A DNA stretch of 64,000 nt. Source: Zootoca vivipara (taxonomy: Eukaryota). The stretch covers positions 33,790,001 through 33,854,000 of the forward strand of contig NC_083288.1 in the NCBI RefSeq assembly GCF_963506605.1, written 5' to 3'. The translations under genes were made by a program, and so were the position numbers. Positions 50,173 to 63,179 of the stretch are shown in pieces (positions within the stretch are counted from its first letter, which is position 1; each line of letters starts with the position of its first letter). The notes below the pieces were generated by a model. The model was given only the letters and a program-made list of their open reading frames with translations, was not told the origin of the DNA and made no database searches.

Positions 50173-50178
50173 AATAAA
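50173..50178 (+). terminator. PRODH2 polyadenylation signal
   Basis: AATAAA about 110 nt after the stop codon. Confidence 0.7.
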
Positions 50179-50311
50179 CCGCCCTCTTGAGTTACCTGGT
50201 TTCCAGCATCCCAAAGCCCTAGCTAGACTCATGGGTTGGGGCTTAGTGATGTGACAGGCTTTAATGTTGTCAACCTTGTGATATCATGGAGCCGCTAACT
50301 CTAGAAAGACA

Positions 50312-50405
50312 CAGTGTACTGTATCTGAAGAAGTGTGCATGCACACGAAAGCTCATACCAAAATAAAAACTTAGTTGGTCTTTAAGGTGCTACTGAAGGA
50401 ATTTT
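50312..50405 (+). mobile_element. Penelope-like retroelement terminal fragment
   Basis: Flanked by the 12-bp direct repeat TCTAGAAAGACA (50300-50311 / 50406-50417). Contains the hammerhead core, AATAAA and an end sequence (gttggtctttaaggtgctac) typical of vertebrate Penelope elements. Confidence 0.7.
50321..50358 (+). ncRNA. Minimal type I hammerhead ribozyme motif (Penelope-type)
   Basis: GTAT-CTGAAGA-A-GTGTGC-AT-GCACAC-GAAA-GC-TC-ATAC. Stem I is GTAT/ATAC, the core is CUGAnGA, stem II is GTGTG/CACAC, followed by GAAA and a palindromic AGCT in place of stem III. The UH cleavage site falls after C50354. Confidence 0.75.
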
Positions 50406-52529
50406 TCTAGAAAGACAAAAACTGACCCCTGCCAAATATATGAGACAGGGGAAAGAGCTAGAAATGTGAGGCCTGGGAAGGGGGTAGAATCAGGGGGGGA
50501 AATGTTGAAGTTTTTATTTTGAAGATCTCAGTGGTGTGTGTGTGTGTGTGAAAGTTTAGGAAAACACACTGACAAACAAAACTCTTATGCAATGCTTTCT
50601 CTTTCAGAATAATGGGTGGTTTAATTTTTTATAACCAATTACACAATTGCAAAGCTCCTGGATTCAAGATTGGTAATTTGAGCATGGCTGGTGGCCTTGA
50701 GATCTAACCTTGCTGCCCTCAGACCTTCAGCACGGATCCCAAAATCCGAGGGTGTCTTCAGCTCCCACTTACTGTGTTGTTTGCTGCATTGTCAGAGCGG
50801 GGTTTTTAATCCATTTTCCCATGATGTTATCCCAAATGCATAAGTATCCCGTCCTTTGTTACAAAGCACTACTGCTTGAAATGTTGTTTCTCAAACCAGC
50901 TTTACACCAACTGGAGTCCTTTAGCCATTCAGATTCGCTTCTGTTCATGTACACACCAGGGGGTGTTGATGGGACAGGGAACATAAGAAAAGCCCTTCTG
51001 GCCAATGGCCTATCACCCTGCACCCAGGATCCTGTTCTCAAAGTGGCCAACCATAGATGCCTGTGGGAAGAACCCAATCTGGATATGAGCACAAGCCTTT
51101 TTGCTATGCAAAGGCGTTCATACCCCAAACCACCTGCCCACCCCAAAATGTGCTAAAGAAATTCCACACAAGCAATAACTGGGATATTTTTACTAATCAG
51201 ATTATCTGTGTTAATGGGGAATCCCGATTAGATGTTTTAAATAAATAAAAAGAGAACAGGCTGGCGTTTTGAAAACTGTGATTATGTGTGCATGCTGCGA
51301 AAAGTATGTGCGCTGTTGCAGCAGCTCCAATCCCAGCATAGTTTGGTGCTGAGCCACGCTAGGCCAAACTGCAAGCCAGCTGGGTTTTTTTTGGGGGGGG
51401 GGAGCACAGATGGAGAAGGGTTTTATATAATAGGCTTCACCAAATTTGTATTTTAGCAAGTTGGACTCTCGTAGGAGAAGGTAGGTTAGTTGATGTTGAC
51501 TCCTGCCATTGCATGGGGGTTGGACTGGGTCCTTTCCAGCTCTACAATTTCGTGATTCTCTGTGGGCAGGAATAACTGGATGACAGGTCCACATTGCCCA
51601 AAGGTGCTAGACAGGGCAGATAAAAAGGGATTTTTGCAGTAGTGCCCTCCAGAGTGCGGCGATGGTAGGCAGGCTGTCTTTTTTCTCTCCGTGAAGAGAA
51701 CTGGGCATCCACAATGATTGGGGGCCTGCCTGTGTTTCTGGATGGTTGGAAGTGGCATGGGAGGGGTTTTTTGACTTGGCTTAACCTAAATTGGGAGGGG
51801 TTGGGATGGGCCTTGTAAGTTTTATTAAGAGAGCTCCCCCACCTCGCTTCCCCGTAACCACAGCACCGTCCCAGAGTGGTCTTGAGGCTGGGCTAAAAGG
51901 GGAAGCAGCCCTGAGGACCAAGAGGCAGGGACAGAGCTAAATCTGTTTGACCGGGAGTGACCTTGGCACATCCTTGAGGGTTTGCCCGCTGCTCTGCTTC
52001 CTCCTCTGCCACCCTCCCTGCCACTGTGATTAGGGGAATGGAGAGGTGGAAGTGCAGCAGCTGTTTCAAGCCCCATGACTTTTAATCTGCAAAGGCTCAT
52101 TAGGAGGAAACAAACAGTCCTGGAGCTGCAATATTTGAAGGGGCTTGGATAGCCAAAGAGCCAGGAGTCCGAGCTCTTCTGCTCCCTCATCCTGTGCCAA
52201 GCTAGGCCCTCGTTGCTCCCCGCCCACACACTGATGATGGTGATCAAACCAAAGTGTCCCGCTTCGCCAAAGTCCCGCTTCTGAAAACCTCTGGCCTTCC
52301 CACGCAGGAGGGTCCCTGCTTCCTCTTTAATCTGTTTATTCCTGCCCCATATGCTGCCCTTCTGAGCAGCGATTAAAGCGGATAAGCCGCTTTTGGCAGG
52401 GCCAGACGTAGAGCTGCCAGGGTGTTATTCTGACCTCTGCGGATGCCGGCAGCAGCGGGCGGCTCCAGTCGATGTGCCACAAAAAAAGCCACCCCACGCG
52501 GATCCTGAGCGATCCTATACAAGGAAGTC

Positions 52530-52535
52530 TTTATT
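52530..52535 (-). terminator. CABP5 polyadenylation signal
   Basis: TTTATT on plus (AATAAA on minus), about 365 nt downstream of the CABP5 stop. Confidence 0.65.
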
Positions 52536-52899
52536 GTACATGATTGCTGGAGGGGAGGGAAGAGGTAAGGCAGGGTGTTGTGCTGGGAAGTGATCTTCCG
52601 GGGTGTGTTTGAGAGGGATCAACTGAGCTGGATGGACCAGTTGTGGGATAGATTTGATGAATGCAGCTGCCCGTTAAGAAGCGATTCCTGCAGGGTTTGG
52701 ACTTTGCCAAGTGAGATGCTTGCCCTCCTCTTAGGAAGACGATCCAATAACGCCCCCCCCGCCAACCCACTCCTTGCCCTGCTCAGTCTCTTGTGCAAAC
52801 GGAGGTTTGACCCCTCCCCTCCCAGTTCATACTGGGATTTGACGTTGAACTCCATACATTCACATATTCGTTGGAACCAGAGAGGGGTGGCCGACTCCA

Positions 52900-55800
52900 T
52901 CAGCGTGACATCATCCTCACAAACTCTGCAAGGCAAACGTCAAGAAACACATCAGTGTGGCAGGGGAGCAAGGCCAGAGAGACCTGGCTTCAAATCTATG
53001 AAGACTGCTGAGTGCTCCCTCGTCCTGACCTACCTCACAGGGCTGTTGTGCTTATCCAAAGGGAGATAAATGGCTGTGAATGCCACCGCCTGCTCCTTGG
53101 AGATAAATGTGTAATTCACATGTAAAATAATGGTGCCCTGGTTCCCTATTTGCTACTGGGCCAGGTTCAGGTCTTTTGTGTTAATTCACAAAGTCCTGAA
53201 CAACTTGAAGGACACCCAGATTCCATACTCTCCACTTTGATCACTGAGACCTTCGGATGGGGAACTCTCGGTGGTCCTCCATGCCCCCAGGATCTCGCCA
53301 ACCTTTACCAGGGTTTAGTGCAGCAGGGCCTGCCCTGTGGGACTACTTGCTAATGGAAGGTCAGCTAGAGTCATTCCTGCTTTCTTGTCTTTCAAAATGT
53401 GTATTATTCAGACATGCCTTTGAAATTTTTACCAGTGAGTTTTTATTCACATACTAGCTTGCCCTGCCACGCGTTGCTGTGGGCCCCAGTTTCGTTCCCT
53501 GCAAACCTGAGCTATCCTGTCCCCATCCTGCCCCCATCCTGCCCCCAGCCACAACGCAGGCGAGTCCCTACCTCCGTTCCCTGCAAACCTGAGCTATCCT
53601 GTCCCCATCCTGCCCCCACCTGCAACGCAGGTGAGTCCCCAGCTCCGTTCCCTGCAAACCTGAGCTGACGTGTTTTGCGACGTAGGTGGCTAGGGGCAGG
53701 ATCCCGGCGTGGCCCTTTGTGGAGGAATATTGGTTGCTGAGACGCAGGTTCGACCTTCTATTTCCCAGGATGCACTCTGTCCCGCCCTTGGAGACACAGC
53801 TTCTGGGTTCTATTTCCCAGCATGCCTGGCAGTGTCTGCTGTCTGAGTTTTGAGATCCACAAAATGGGGTTTTACCTTGCACTGGGGTGTCATCTGTGTA
53901 CACAAATGGTATGTGGACACTCGCTTATTCGCATGTGACGTGTCCAAATTTCATTGGCATTGGTCAAGCGGTTTTGGTTCGGTTTTACTGCTGCTATTTG
54001 TAGTTATTTCCATTTAGTAAGAAGATAAACCTGCACTGGACATGCACATGATGTTATTCAACTATTTTGGGTGTATCGTTATTTGTTTAATGTTCTGTTT
54101 TGTCTAGTGCTGAATTTAATTATCTTTTGAATATTCTCACAACATCTATTTTTAACTACCTTCTATGCATAATTCAAATCCTTGGATTAGATGACTTGGA
54201 CTTTGGGGTCCCCTTCCAGCTCTACAATTCTATGATTCTACGAAATGTTGCTGTGTTTTGTAAACAGCTTAGAGGTTCCGTTAACATGGAGTTGTACACA
54301 AATTTTGTTAAATAAATGAAATGAAGAAGGATGAGGGAGCACGAGATGGGGGCAGCCCTGGCCTGAGACCCTGCCGATTGTTTGCCTGCTGGACTACTAG
54401 GCAATATCGGCCTGGATGGACAAATAGTTTGGTTTGGGTATAAGGCATGCTCCTACACTTCCTGAAGGCTGGCTATTGTGCCCTTTTCGGCTGGTGGTAG
54501 GCGGTGTTAAACAAATGAGTTACCAATGTAATCCAAACTGAACCAAGATAAGTAAATTCTGTCCCCTGGGGAAATAATGGGCATTCTGCTCTTACATTTG
54601 CTGCTTCACCTGCGTCATTTTGTTTACTTGTGCTGGAAGTTGGTTGTAGTAGCCTGAAATATCCCCAGAATCTGTATTCTGAAATGACCTATGTCCTGTT
54701 ACCTAAGGATGTAAGGAGAGGCTGCTAGATCAAGCCAGTGGTTCACTTAGTCCAGCATCCTCTTCTCAGGGGTCAACCTATGGGTAGGCTCAACAGCACT
54801 CTCCTAGAATGGAATCCAGAAGCATTAAAAGGTAAAAGGACCCCTGGACGGTTAAGTCCAGTCAAAGGCAACTATAGAGTTGCGGTGCTCATCTCGCTTT
54901 CAGGCCGAGGGAGCCGACGTTTGTCCACAGGCAGCTTTCCGGGTCATGTGGCCAGCATGACTAAACCACTTTTGGCGTAACAGAACACCATGATGGAAAC
55001 CAGAGCGTATGGAAACACCGTTTTCCTTCCCGCCACATCAGTACCTATTCATCTACTCGCGCTGGCATGCTTTCGAACAGCTAGGTTGGCAGGAGCTGGG
55101 ACAGAGCAACGGGAGCTCACCCCATCGCGGGGATTCGAACCACCAACCTTCTGATCAGCAAGCCCCAAAGGCTCAGTGGTTTAGACCACAGCACCACCTG
55201 CGTCCCTCCAGAAGCATTACTGCCTCTGACAGTGGAGGTAGAACATAGCATTCAGGGTCATTAAGTCTTACCTAGTGGGACAACTCCCACAGTGTGCTAT
55301 CTAATGCCTGCTTATTAAATTGGTACCACAACCACCCCACCAATGGGGCTGCAAACAGGGCAGGTGGAGCAGGGAGGCTGGGTGGTCCAGCTCCTGGTTC
55401 CCCACCACTAGCAGCCCGTTTTGACAGGTGGGCTGTGTGCTACCATCTCCATGCAACTGGAGCAATCCAATAACACTCTAACCCTATTATCCAAGCCCAT
55501 TTAAGCCTATATCTTTTCAGCCTGTGCTCCCAAATCCCATCTCCCCAGACCTTTAAAGCTTTTAACCTCTCACCTTGTATCCCGATAAGCCTATAATCTC
55601 TTTCCATCAATCCTATATTCCCCGATTGCATCTCACCCTCAAAATCCACCGTCCCGTCTCCATTGACGTCGGCTTCCTTCACCACATCAGCAATCTCCCG
55701 GGACGTCAGGCGCTCGCCCATCAGCCTCTGCATGGCCTGGTACAACTCATCCAGAGTGATCTCGCCATCCCCGTTGGTGTCAAACTGGAAACAGGGAGAG

Positions 55801-58620
55801 GCATGGCAGTTAGTTGGGGTGTGAGAATTGGCATCCCTAATCTGAGTAGGAGCAAGAGGGCGAAGCTTAATGGCAGAAGATGCAGGACAGATGAGAGGAA
55901 GTACCTCTTCATGCAGTGGTTCGTTAGCATATAGAACTCATTGCCAGTTAATCTGATCCCACTTTAAAGGGGAATAGATCTATCAATGGCTATTTATCAG
56001 GATTAATGATAGGAGAGAAACCCAATTCAGTTTGCATTTAAAAGGTGAACTGGCCTCATTCACACATTCCAAAACAATAAGGAAACCAAAACGCAACTAT
56101 CCTTTACAAAAATTGCATTACTCCAGATATTGCAATGCCAGGCTCCAGCCAATAAATGTGTGCCAAAATGCACATTTTAGGGTAAAGTGTGCATAGAGAA
56201 GCATATATTAATGAAAAATAATGGAGAAAAATGCATTAAGGAAATACAGTGGTACCTCGACTTACGAACGACTCGACAACCGAATTTTTCGACTTACGAA
56301 TGGGGGTAATGGCTTCACGCTTATGAATGTCTTGACATCCGAAAGGAAACCGCAGCGGTTTTAGATAGGGATTTTTCAACTTACAAATTTTTAGATAGGG
56401 TTGCTTCGACTTGCGAATTTTTCCGTTTCCAATGCATTCCTATGGGAAATCGCGTTTCCAATGGCGTTTTTCGACTTACGAATTTTTCAACCTATGAAGG
56501 TGCCTTCAGAATGGATTAAATCCGTAAGTCGAGGCACCACTGTATAAATATTAATGAACGTCTGCTTTCCAAAAAAAGAAGTGTCCAAAAGGATTTGCAC
56601 CAAAAGGTTGATGGATTTTCATGAGAACTTTTTTTTGTTTTTAAATGGAACTTCCAGGTCCAGATGCAGTATACCTCTGAAAACCACAAGATGAGGAGCA
56701 GCAGTGTAGACTTTTGCCTTGCTGCCCTGCTTGTGGTCACCCAGTGGGCCACTATAGTAAATAGAATGCTGAATTAGATGAGGGTGGCCACTTATGTACC
56801 ACCAAAAAAAGCTGACACAGCTGTGAGCAAAATTCCGGTGTGGTAACTTATTATTTATAAATTTGCTTTTATACATATCACTATTTAAATACAAATACAG
56901 TACAGCTCACAATGTATGCGACCAGGTAACGTGTGCCTGTCTGTCTGCTTCCAGATGCTAACTGTTGATGGGCAAATTAAAGGATCTTTCTCTTCCTTAA
57001 ATCAGACACGGACCAGACAGTTCTTCAAATAAATGACCCTTTAAATAGAGGGTTGTTCCCTTGACAGCAGAGGACTTCTGTAAAGTAGGAGAGATTGTCT
57101 AGACCAGGCACCCCCAAACTGCGGCCCTCCAGATGTTTTGGCCTACAACTCCCATGATCCCTAGCTAACAGGACCAGTGGTCAGGGAAGATGGGAATTGT
57201 AGTCCAAAACATCTGGAGGGCCAAAGTTTGGGGATGCCTGGTCTAGACCTTTGGTCTGATCCAGGAAGTTTCTTTCTCTTTCTTCTCTTATTTTTTCATG
57301 GAACTAGCAAGGTTGGCAGAGAAGGGATAGTCATGTGGAGTGCTACGTCCCATCCCCAGCTTTTTTGGTGGGGGCGGATCGATGTTGGGGAATGAGAAGT
57401 TGGGGAAGGAGAGGTGGGAGGGAAAGGGGACATATCACAAGCTGGGATAAGTGAATCTGTACATTTCAGTGTCTCTCAGTTTCTCATTTTTCTAGTCTTA
57501 ACCACTTCTCCACATTTCCATATCAGATTGTGGAGCTGGGAATTAAGTCGTGAAAATTCACCAGCATTTTAGTAAGAATTTCTTCTAATGTGCATATTTA
57601 CCTATGTAATTTTGCCCAATATACACATTTTTGCAAATCCATTTTCCCAAACAGAATGCACTTTCATATTTCATTTCCACTAACAAATGCATTTTTAATG
57701 CTCACTAATTTGGGGAAGTGCGGGTTCTGAAGGGATGGGTGTTTGTGCATTGCTGCGGAAACCGTGGTAGATTTGTTAGATTTGCCTTTGAATGAGAACG
57801 GAATCAGATTTCTGCCCCACCCCTGAGAAGAAGAAACTAGGCTGAGAGATAGAATTCCAAAGTCCTGTCCAATCCCAGTCCATCTTACCTCCTTGAAGGC
57901 ATCCCTCATTTCCTGAAGTCCGATCATGCCCGCCGTCTCTGCCAGCAGCTTTGGAGTCATCATCTCCACAAAGTCCTCAAAATCCACACGCCCTCCAACT
58001 GCAGTGACCACAGTCAGGTTAATTTCTTAGAAGGTTCAGATACCTTGGTTTCCCCTTCAAGTTTCCTTACATATCCCTGATCAGCAGCCAGTTTTTGGCT
58101 GCATATACAGCATACGTTTAAAGTGGATGATTTCCCCCTAAGAATCCTGGGAATGTAGTTTGTTAATGATGCTGGGGATTGTAGCTATGTGAGGGGTAGA
58201 CTACTGTTCCCAGAATTCTTTGGGGGAAGTCATATACTTTACAACCTAATATACCAAAAAAATCNNNNNNNNNNNNNNNNNNNNNNNNNNNNNNNNNNNN
58301 NNNNNNNNNNNNNNNNNNNNNNNNNNNNNNNNNNNNNNNNNNNNNNNNNNNNNNNNNNNNNNNNNNNNNNNNNNNNNNNNNNNNNNNNNNNNNNTATAAG
58401 ACACGTCTTATATTTATTTTTTCCTCAAAAAAACACACTATGGCTTATTTTCAAGGGATGTCTTATTTTTTTCCTCCTCCTCCTCCTCCTGCCACGGCCG
58501 GCATTGCTGCTGCGCCTATCACTATGTTTTATTTTTGGGGTATGGCTTATATTCCTTGAATGCTTAAAAATCCTGCTATGGCTTATTTTATGGGTATGTC
58601 TTAAAATATGAGAAACAGGG

Positions 58621-58666
<46 letters not shown>

Positions 58667-61061
58667 TCTCAAATGGGGAAAACTAAAGAGAAAAAAAGTA
58701 AGGTACATTAATAATAATCCTCATACGATCATCATATCATCCTCATAAAACACAAAATTATAAATATCACCCTCAGTCAACATTTTACCTTAAGCTTCAC
58801 ATACAGGTGAAACTCGGAAAATTAGAATATTGTCGAAAAATGCATTTATTTCAGTAATGCAACATTATTTTTTATTTTACTTGTAATTTTTACAAATGCT
58901 TTCTTTTGGAAATTCCACAGTAATAAAACAAATAGTTACAATAATACAAAAATAAACATCACTGTTACGTTTCACTAATTACATTCCATTTATAATTGAC
59001 CCACCTAATGACAAATAATTACAATTACAACAAATAAAGACTTGACATATCTCGCTTTGCATGTCATGCATCTATCTCATATATTGGTTTCACCTTTTAA
59101 CTTGCTTTACTGAAAGAAATGCAATAAATTTTCGACGATATTCTAGTTTTCCGAGTTTCACCTATATACGGAGAGTTGAATCCTCCCTCCAGGGAAAGCT
59201 TCTCCTTCCTCATTCTCTCATCCTGAGAAAAGCCACTTTGACCTGCCTCTCATACAGGTCAGCTCCTTGTATGTATCTTCATTTGTTACACACACACACA
59301 TATATACTTAGATGTTAAGACATTGATCTCGCTAATGCTACTAGAGAGCCACCAGAAATCAAACACCACACAAGAAACCCAATTAAAAAAGAGAGAGAAA
59401 ATAATTGGGGGAGGGGGCACAAGAAAGCAGAGAAAGTTAAATATGAGATACAATTGTGTATATAACCATTGTTCAGAGTATTTAACATATATACTCCAGA
59501 ATCTTTCTAGCTATGAATAACATCTAGTTACTGTGTTGTTGTTGTTGTTTTCCATCCTGCGGGATTGTCTTTTCCCAAAGTTGGTCGGAGGCCTGGGAGG
59601 GAACTTTTGGGCCTGTGCTTTCTAGGCACAAGACAAGCAGAAGCATGGATGAGCCTTATGTCCAGCCACTGCATCACACAGGAAGCTGGCTCGCTGCTGC
59701 CTACCATCAGCTCCACACAAACCTCTTTCCCCTCTGAAATGGCAGACAAGTCAAGGGCTGGTTGAATCCCAGGCAAGCTGACAGTGGCCATCCTTTATGT
59801 TTGACCCCGTTGGAGACCCAGGACGTGATCCCAGGACTCCTGAGCCCATCGTCAGCCTTCCCCAACCTGATGTCCTCAATATGCTTTGGGCTACAATTCC
59901 CAGCAGACCTTGCTTAGTATTGTTCATGGTAAGAGATTATGGGAGTTGCAGTCCAAGACTTTTGGAGGGCCGCCAGCTGAGGAAGGCTGCCTTGTATCTT
60001 CAGTCCAGCACCATTCTTTACTGAAATATTCAACCCAGTCCTCGGAGATCAGGCACTTACGGTTCATGTTGATCTGCTGTGACAGTTCGATAAGCTCCAT
60101 TTCGGTCGGCATGTACCCCATTGTCCTCATGAGGTTGCCCAAATCTTTGCAGCTGATATAGCCATCCTTGTCCTTGTCAAACTCATCGAAGGCCTCACGG
60201 AGCTCTGTTTTTGCAAAACAGGAGCAGCAAAAGTAGCAGCAAGGGTAGCAATAATAACCGAGTAGAGAAAACCGCTGTGTCAATGGTTTTCCAAGTTTTT
60301 ACCTCAGGGAACACTTTCTCTGTCAGTCGGCCTGCTGAAGGACCCTCTAGCACCTGCTGTGGAGTTCCAACATGTTCTAGAAGATTCTGGGTATGTTTTA
60401 AGGCAAGGGTATAGAAGCCGTGTCCCTCTACATATTGCTGCACTACAGCTCCCATTGTCCCTGACTATTAGTCATGCTGATGAGAGCTGTTTTCCAGTAA
60501 TAAGATGGAGGGCCACAAGTTCCTCATCCCTTCCTTAAGGCCTCACCATCATTCCTCATGAACTGGGTTTGCAATCAATATCCCCTATGGCTAGGGATGG
60601 GCGAATCTGTCCATTTCACTTTCCCCCAGTTTTTTTTTAAATTTTTCCACACAGTTCTCCACCTTTTCTCATCAGTTTGCCATTTTGTGCTTTTAAAAGG
60701 TCCTCGGGAAAATTCACCAGCATTTTAGTGTGAAATTCAAGTAATTTCAAGTGCGAATTTCACGAAAGATATCCAGTTTTAATGCAATGTGGATCAACCT
60801 AGACATTTCTGCAATTTCCCATGATATATGTCATATTCACCAAAAATGCACTTTTATGCATTCTTTACCCTAAAATATTTTTGCAAACATTATTTAGCTG
60901 GGGAACTACACTGCAAAATTCAGAGAAGTGTGACTTATAAAGGAAGGCTGTGATTCGGTTTGCTTGTTGTTGCAGAAAGTGCAAACTATGTAGATTTGCC
61001 ATTTTCTGTTGGAAGCCACCCAGAGAGGCTGGGGAAACCCAGCCAGCTGGACGGGGTATAA

Positions 61062-61115
<54 letters not shown>

Positions 61116-63081
61116 ATGCAAACTGGATTGAATTTCTCCCTAAACCATGCCCATATTACACACCAGAGGAAGGTCAGTCATGGTGGGGAAACTCTCTTTA
61201 TGGGAAGCTCAAAGGTTACTGATCTTCCCATCAAAGAATCTCTCATAATCTTCCAAAGAACCTCAGAATTTCCCAGAACAATTAAAAAAACAACAACCCC
61301 AAAGCTGCTGCTCAAAAGTATCACAAATGCCTATCCTACTTACCTTCGATTTCATCTGCTCCCAGTTCCCGCTCCTGTAAGACAGATGTAAAGTCATTCA
61401 TAGTGATGCAGGCACATAGGAAGGAAGGAAATGAAGAAGTCTTCGTTCACAGTCCTCAACCTCACAAGAAACTACTCCTTCCTCCAGAGCTGTAGAAAAC
61501 AAGACCCACAAAGCCCTACTGCCAAACCGCTCTCTCCACCCAACCCTTCCCGGCACCCAAACAAAGGCTCCTCTTCCCTAAGGCCAATCGAAATAATTGC
61601 ATCGCACTGTCAAAAAACACAGCAATGCTCCCGTTGAGTTGACAGCTCAATATTTACAGGCACACAGAAGGACAAAGTGGATCCAGCAATGAACTGGAAC
61701 GCTGCCCAGAGTGACAGAGCCAGTGATCACAGTGAGATGGAGGAACGGAGAAGCGGGGCGAGGGGGGGGGAGGAAGAGACCCTACACAATCCTAAAACTC
61801 AGTGACAAAACCCAGGAGGTGCAGAGCCCATGGAGGAACAACCATGTAGCTGCAGATGTTTAGAGGGAGAGAGGCTGAGACCATCTCACTGTGCTTTCTG
61901 TTTTACAGAGACCCTTCCTTGAAACTTCAAGCAAATACAACTGAGGTGAGTCCATGAGCTGGCGGCAGTTGAGTGCCTAAAGGATAACTAGGGGTGCGTA
62001 CACACCATATAGTTAAAGTACATTTCCCTCCCCATAAGGAATCCTGGGAGCGGTCGTTTATTAAGGGTGCTGGGCTCTGTCAGAGGTAAACTACAGTTCT
62101 CAGGTTCGGGGGAAGGTACGCTTTAAATCCATGCTAGGGCTGTAGCACACCAAGATATCATAATCTGCTCCATTACTGAGCCTGGGGTGGGACGGGACAG
62201 ATAATTCATACTAAGGGGGAAGGAATTATGAGATGTTTCACAGGACCCAGTCCCAGATATTTTGCCTTAGACTCCCCGCCCCCAATCTCCTGCCCCTTCC
62301 CTATTTTAAACTCAACAAGAGCCTCAGACACCCCCAACCATTTTAATTTGCCCAATAGTTAATTTGTGCCCCCGTGGCCCTGTAACCAAATGTTTTAGTT
62401 CCTACCCAACGCCCCTGAGGCCAACTTACGTAGCCCCCAACTGCCTTTCCCTTGCATACCGTACTTTCCCAGCATTCAGAGACCCAGCCAGGTTATCTAT
62501 TTGGCTGTGGTGGGTGGCAGAGAATAGGTTGTGAGAGGGGTACCCCCACAGGACACGCATACATTTCCCACCATGTCATTTTGTCCAAAAAGTTGGGGCA
62601 TGTTTTGGAAACCATCTAATAAAAAGACAAAAATAAGAAAACTGTGCCTGCCAGAGGCAAAAGGGGAACGAGAGTTTGCAGCATACAAGACGTGATGCCT
62701 CTTTCAAACCATTATTCTAGAAGTTAAATCGAGCCCATAGAATTCCATCTCCCTCTTGCTTCTCCAACGCACTAGGCTTCTCCTCCCAGGACCTGGATCC
62801 CCCAGAACACCATAAACGTCCACCTGCCTTCCTGGAGCTGAGTCAGGAATCCTGGCAGCTCCTCATCCCACTGGGTCCCACTTTTGTTTAATTTCCCTTG
62901 CGGAGGTAAATGGAAAGTCGGCCCTTGCTTTGGCTGACCGTTCCAAACTGTTTGCCCTGCCCACCTGGGCTGCTGCGCCCTCTTGCCCAGTCTCTCCCCC
63001 CTCCAACAACTGCCATACCCCCTGTTTCTCAGCAATCCCCTTGCGCAGGAAGATGCAGGCTGGTCCCAGGGTGTTCTGCAT
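52900..63081 (-). CDS. CABP5: Calcium-binding protein 5 (calmodulin-like EF-hand, retinal), 6 exons, 173 aa
   Basis: Exons (minus): 63019-63081, 61344-61374, 60061-60204, 57889-57998, 55637-55784, 52900-52925 (522 nt). Protein [21 protein letters not shown]|[51 protein letters not shown]...[11 protein letters not shown]...[21 protein letters not shown]. It matches recalled CABP5 in length and in its [16 protein letters not shown]-terminus. Confidence 0.93.
53454..54025 (-). mobile_element. Non-autonomous Helitron
   Basis: On minus it starts TC (54025-54024), ends CTAG (53457-53454) and sits between A and T with no TSD. A short GC-rich hairpin (CCAC/GTGG, 53467-53482) lies about 10 nt from the 3' end. 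Contains an internal minisatellite. Confidence 0.75.
54828..55206 (-). mobile_element. Sauria-type SINE, full length
   Basis: Same family; 13-bp TSD TCCAGAAGCATTA. Confidence 0.88.
56247..56542. mobile_element. Tc1/mariner MITE
   Basis: TA|CAGTGGTACCTCGACTTACG...CGTAAGTCGAGGCACCACTG|TA, with internal TTCGACTTACGAA-like repeats. Confidence 0.85.
57105..57240. mobile_element. 136-bp hAT MITE, copy 2
   Basis: Same family as copy 1; 8-bp TSD GTCTAGAC. Confidence 0.9.
58265..58394. other. Assembly gap (130 N)
   Basis: N run in CABP5 intron 3; no exon appears to be missing. Confidence 0.99.
58621..58665. repeat. (TAGA)n microsatellite
   Basis: Read directly from the sequence. Confidence 0.95.
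58804..59164. mobile_element. Tc1-like MITE
   Basis: Long TIRs CAGGTGAAACTCGGAAAATTAGAATATTGTCGAAAA / TTTTCGACGATATTCTAGTTTTCCGAGTTTCACCTA, flanked by TA. Confidence 0.8.
61063..61112. repeat. (TTA)n microsatellite
   Basis: Read directly from the sequence. Confidence 0.95.
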
Positions 63082-63179
63082 GGCGCTGAGTGCTGCGTGT
63101 CCTGGTCACCCTCGGTACGGTCCTTCTGACGCCTTGTCCCCTTTAGCAGAAGAAGAGATGGCTCTTGTGGATGAGGATG

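Noticed and set aside
62425-62500. Possible alternative CABP5 exon (…ARERQLGA, donor GTAAGT) resembling exon 2
   Set aside because: The donor phase does not fit the downstream exons and the in-phase readings contain stops. The similarity is too short to exceed chance.
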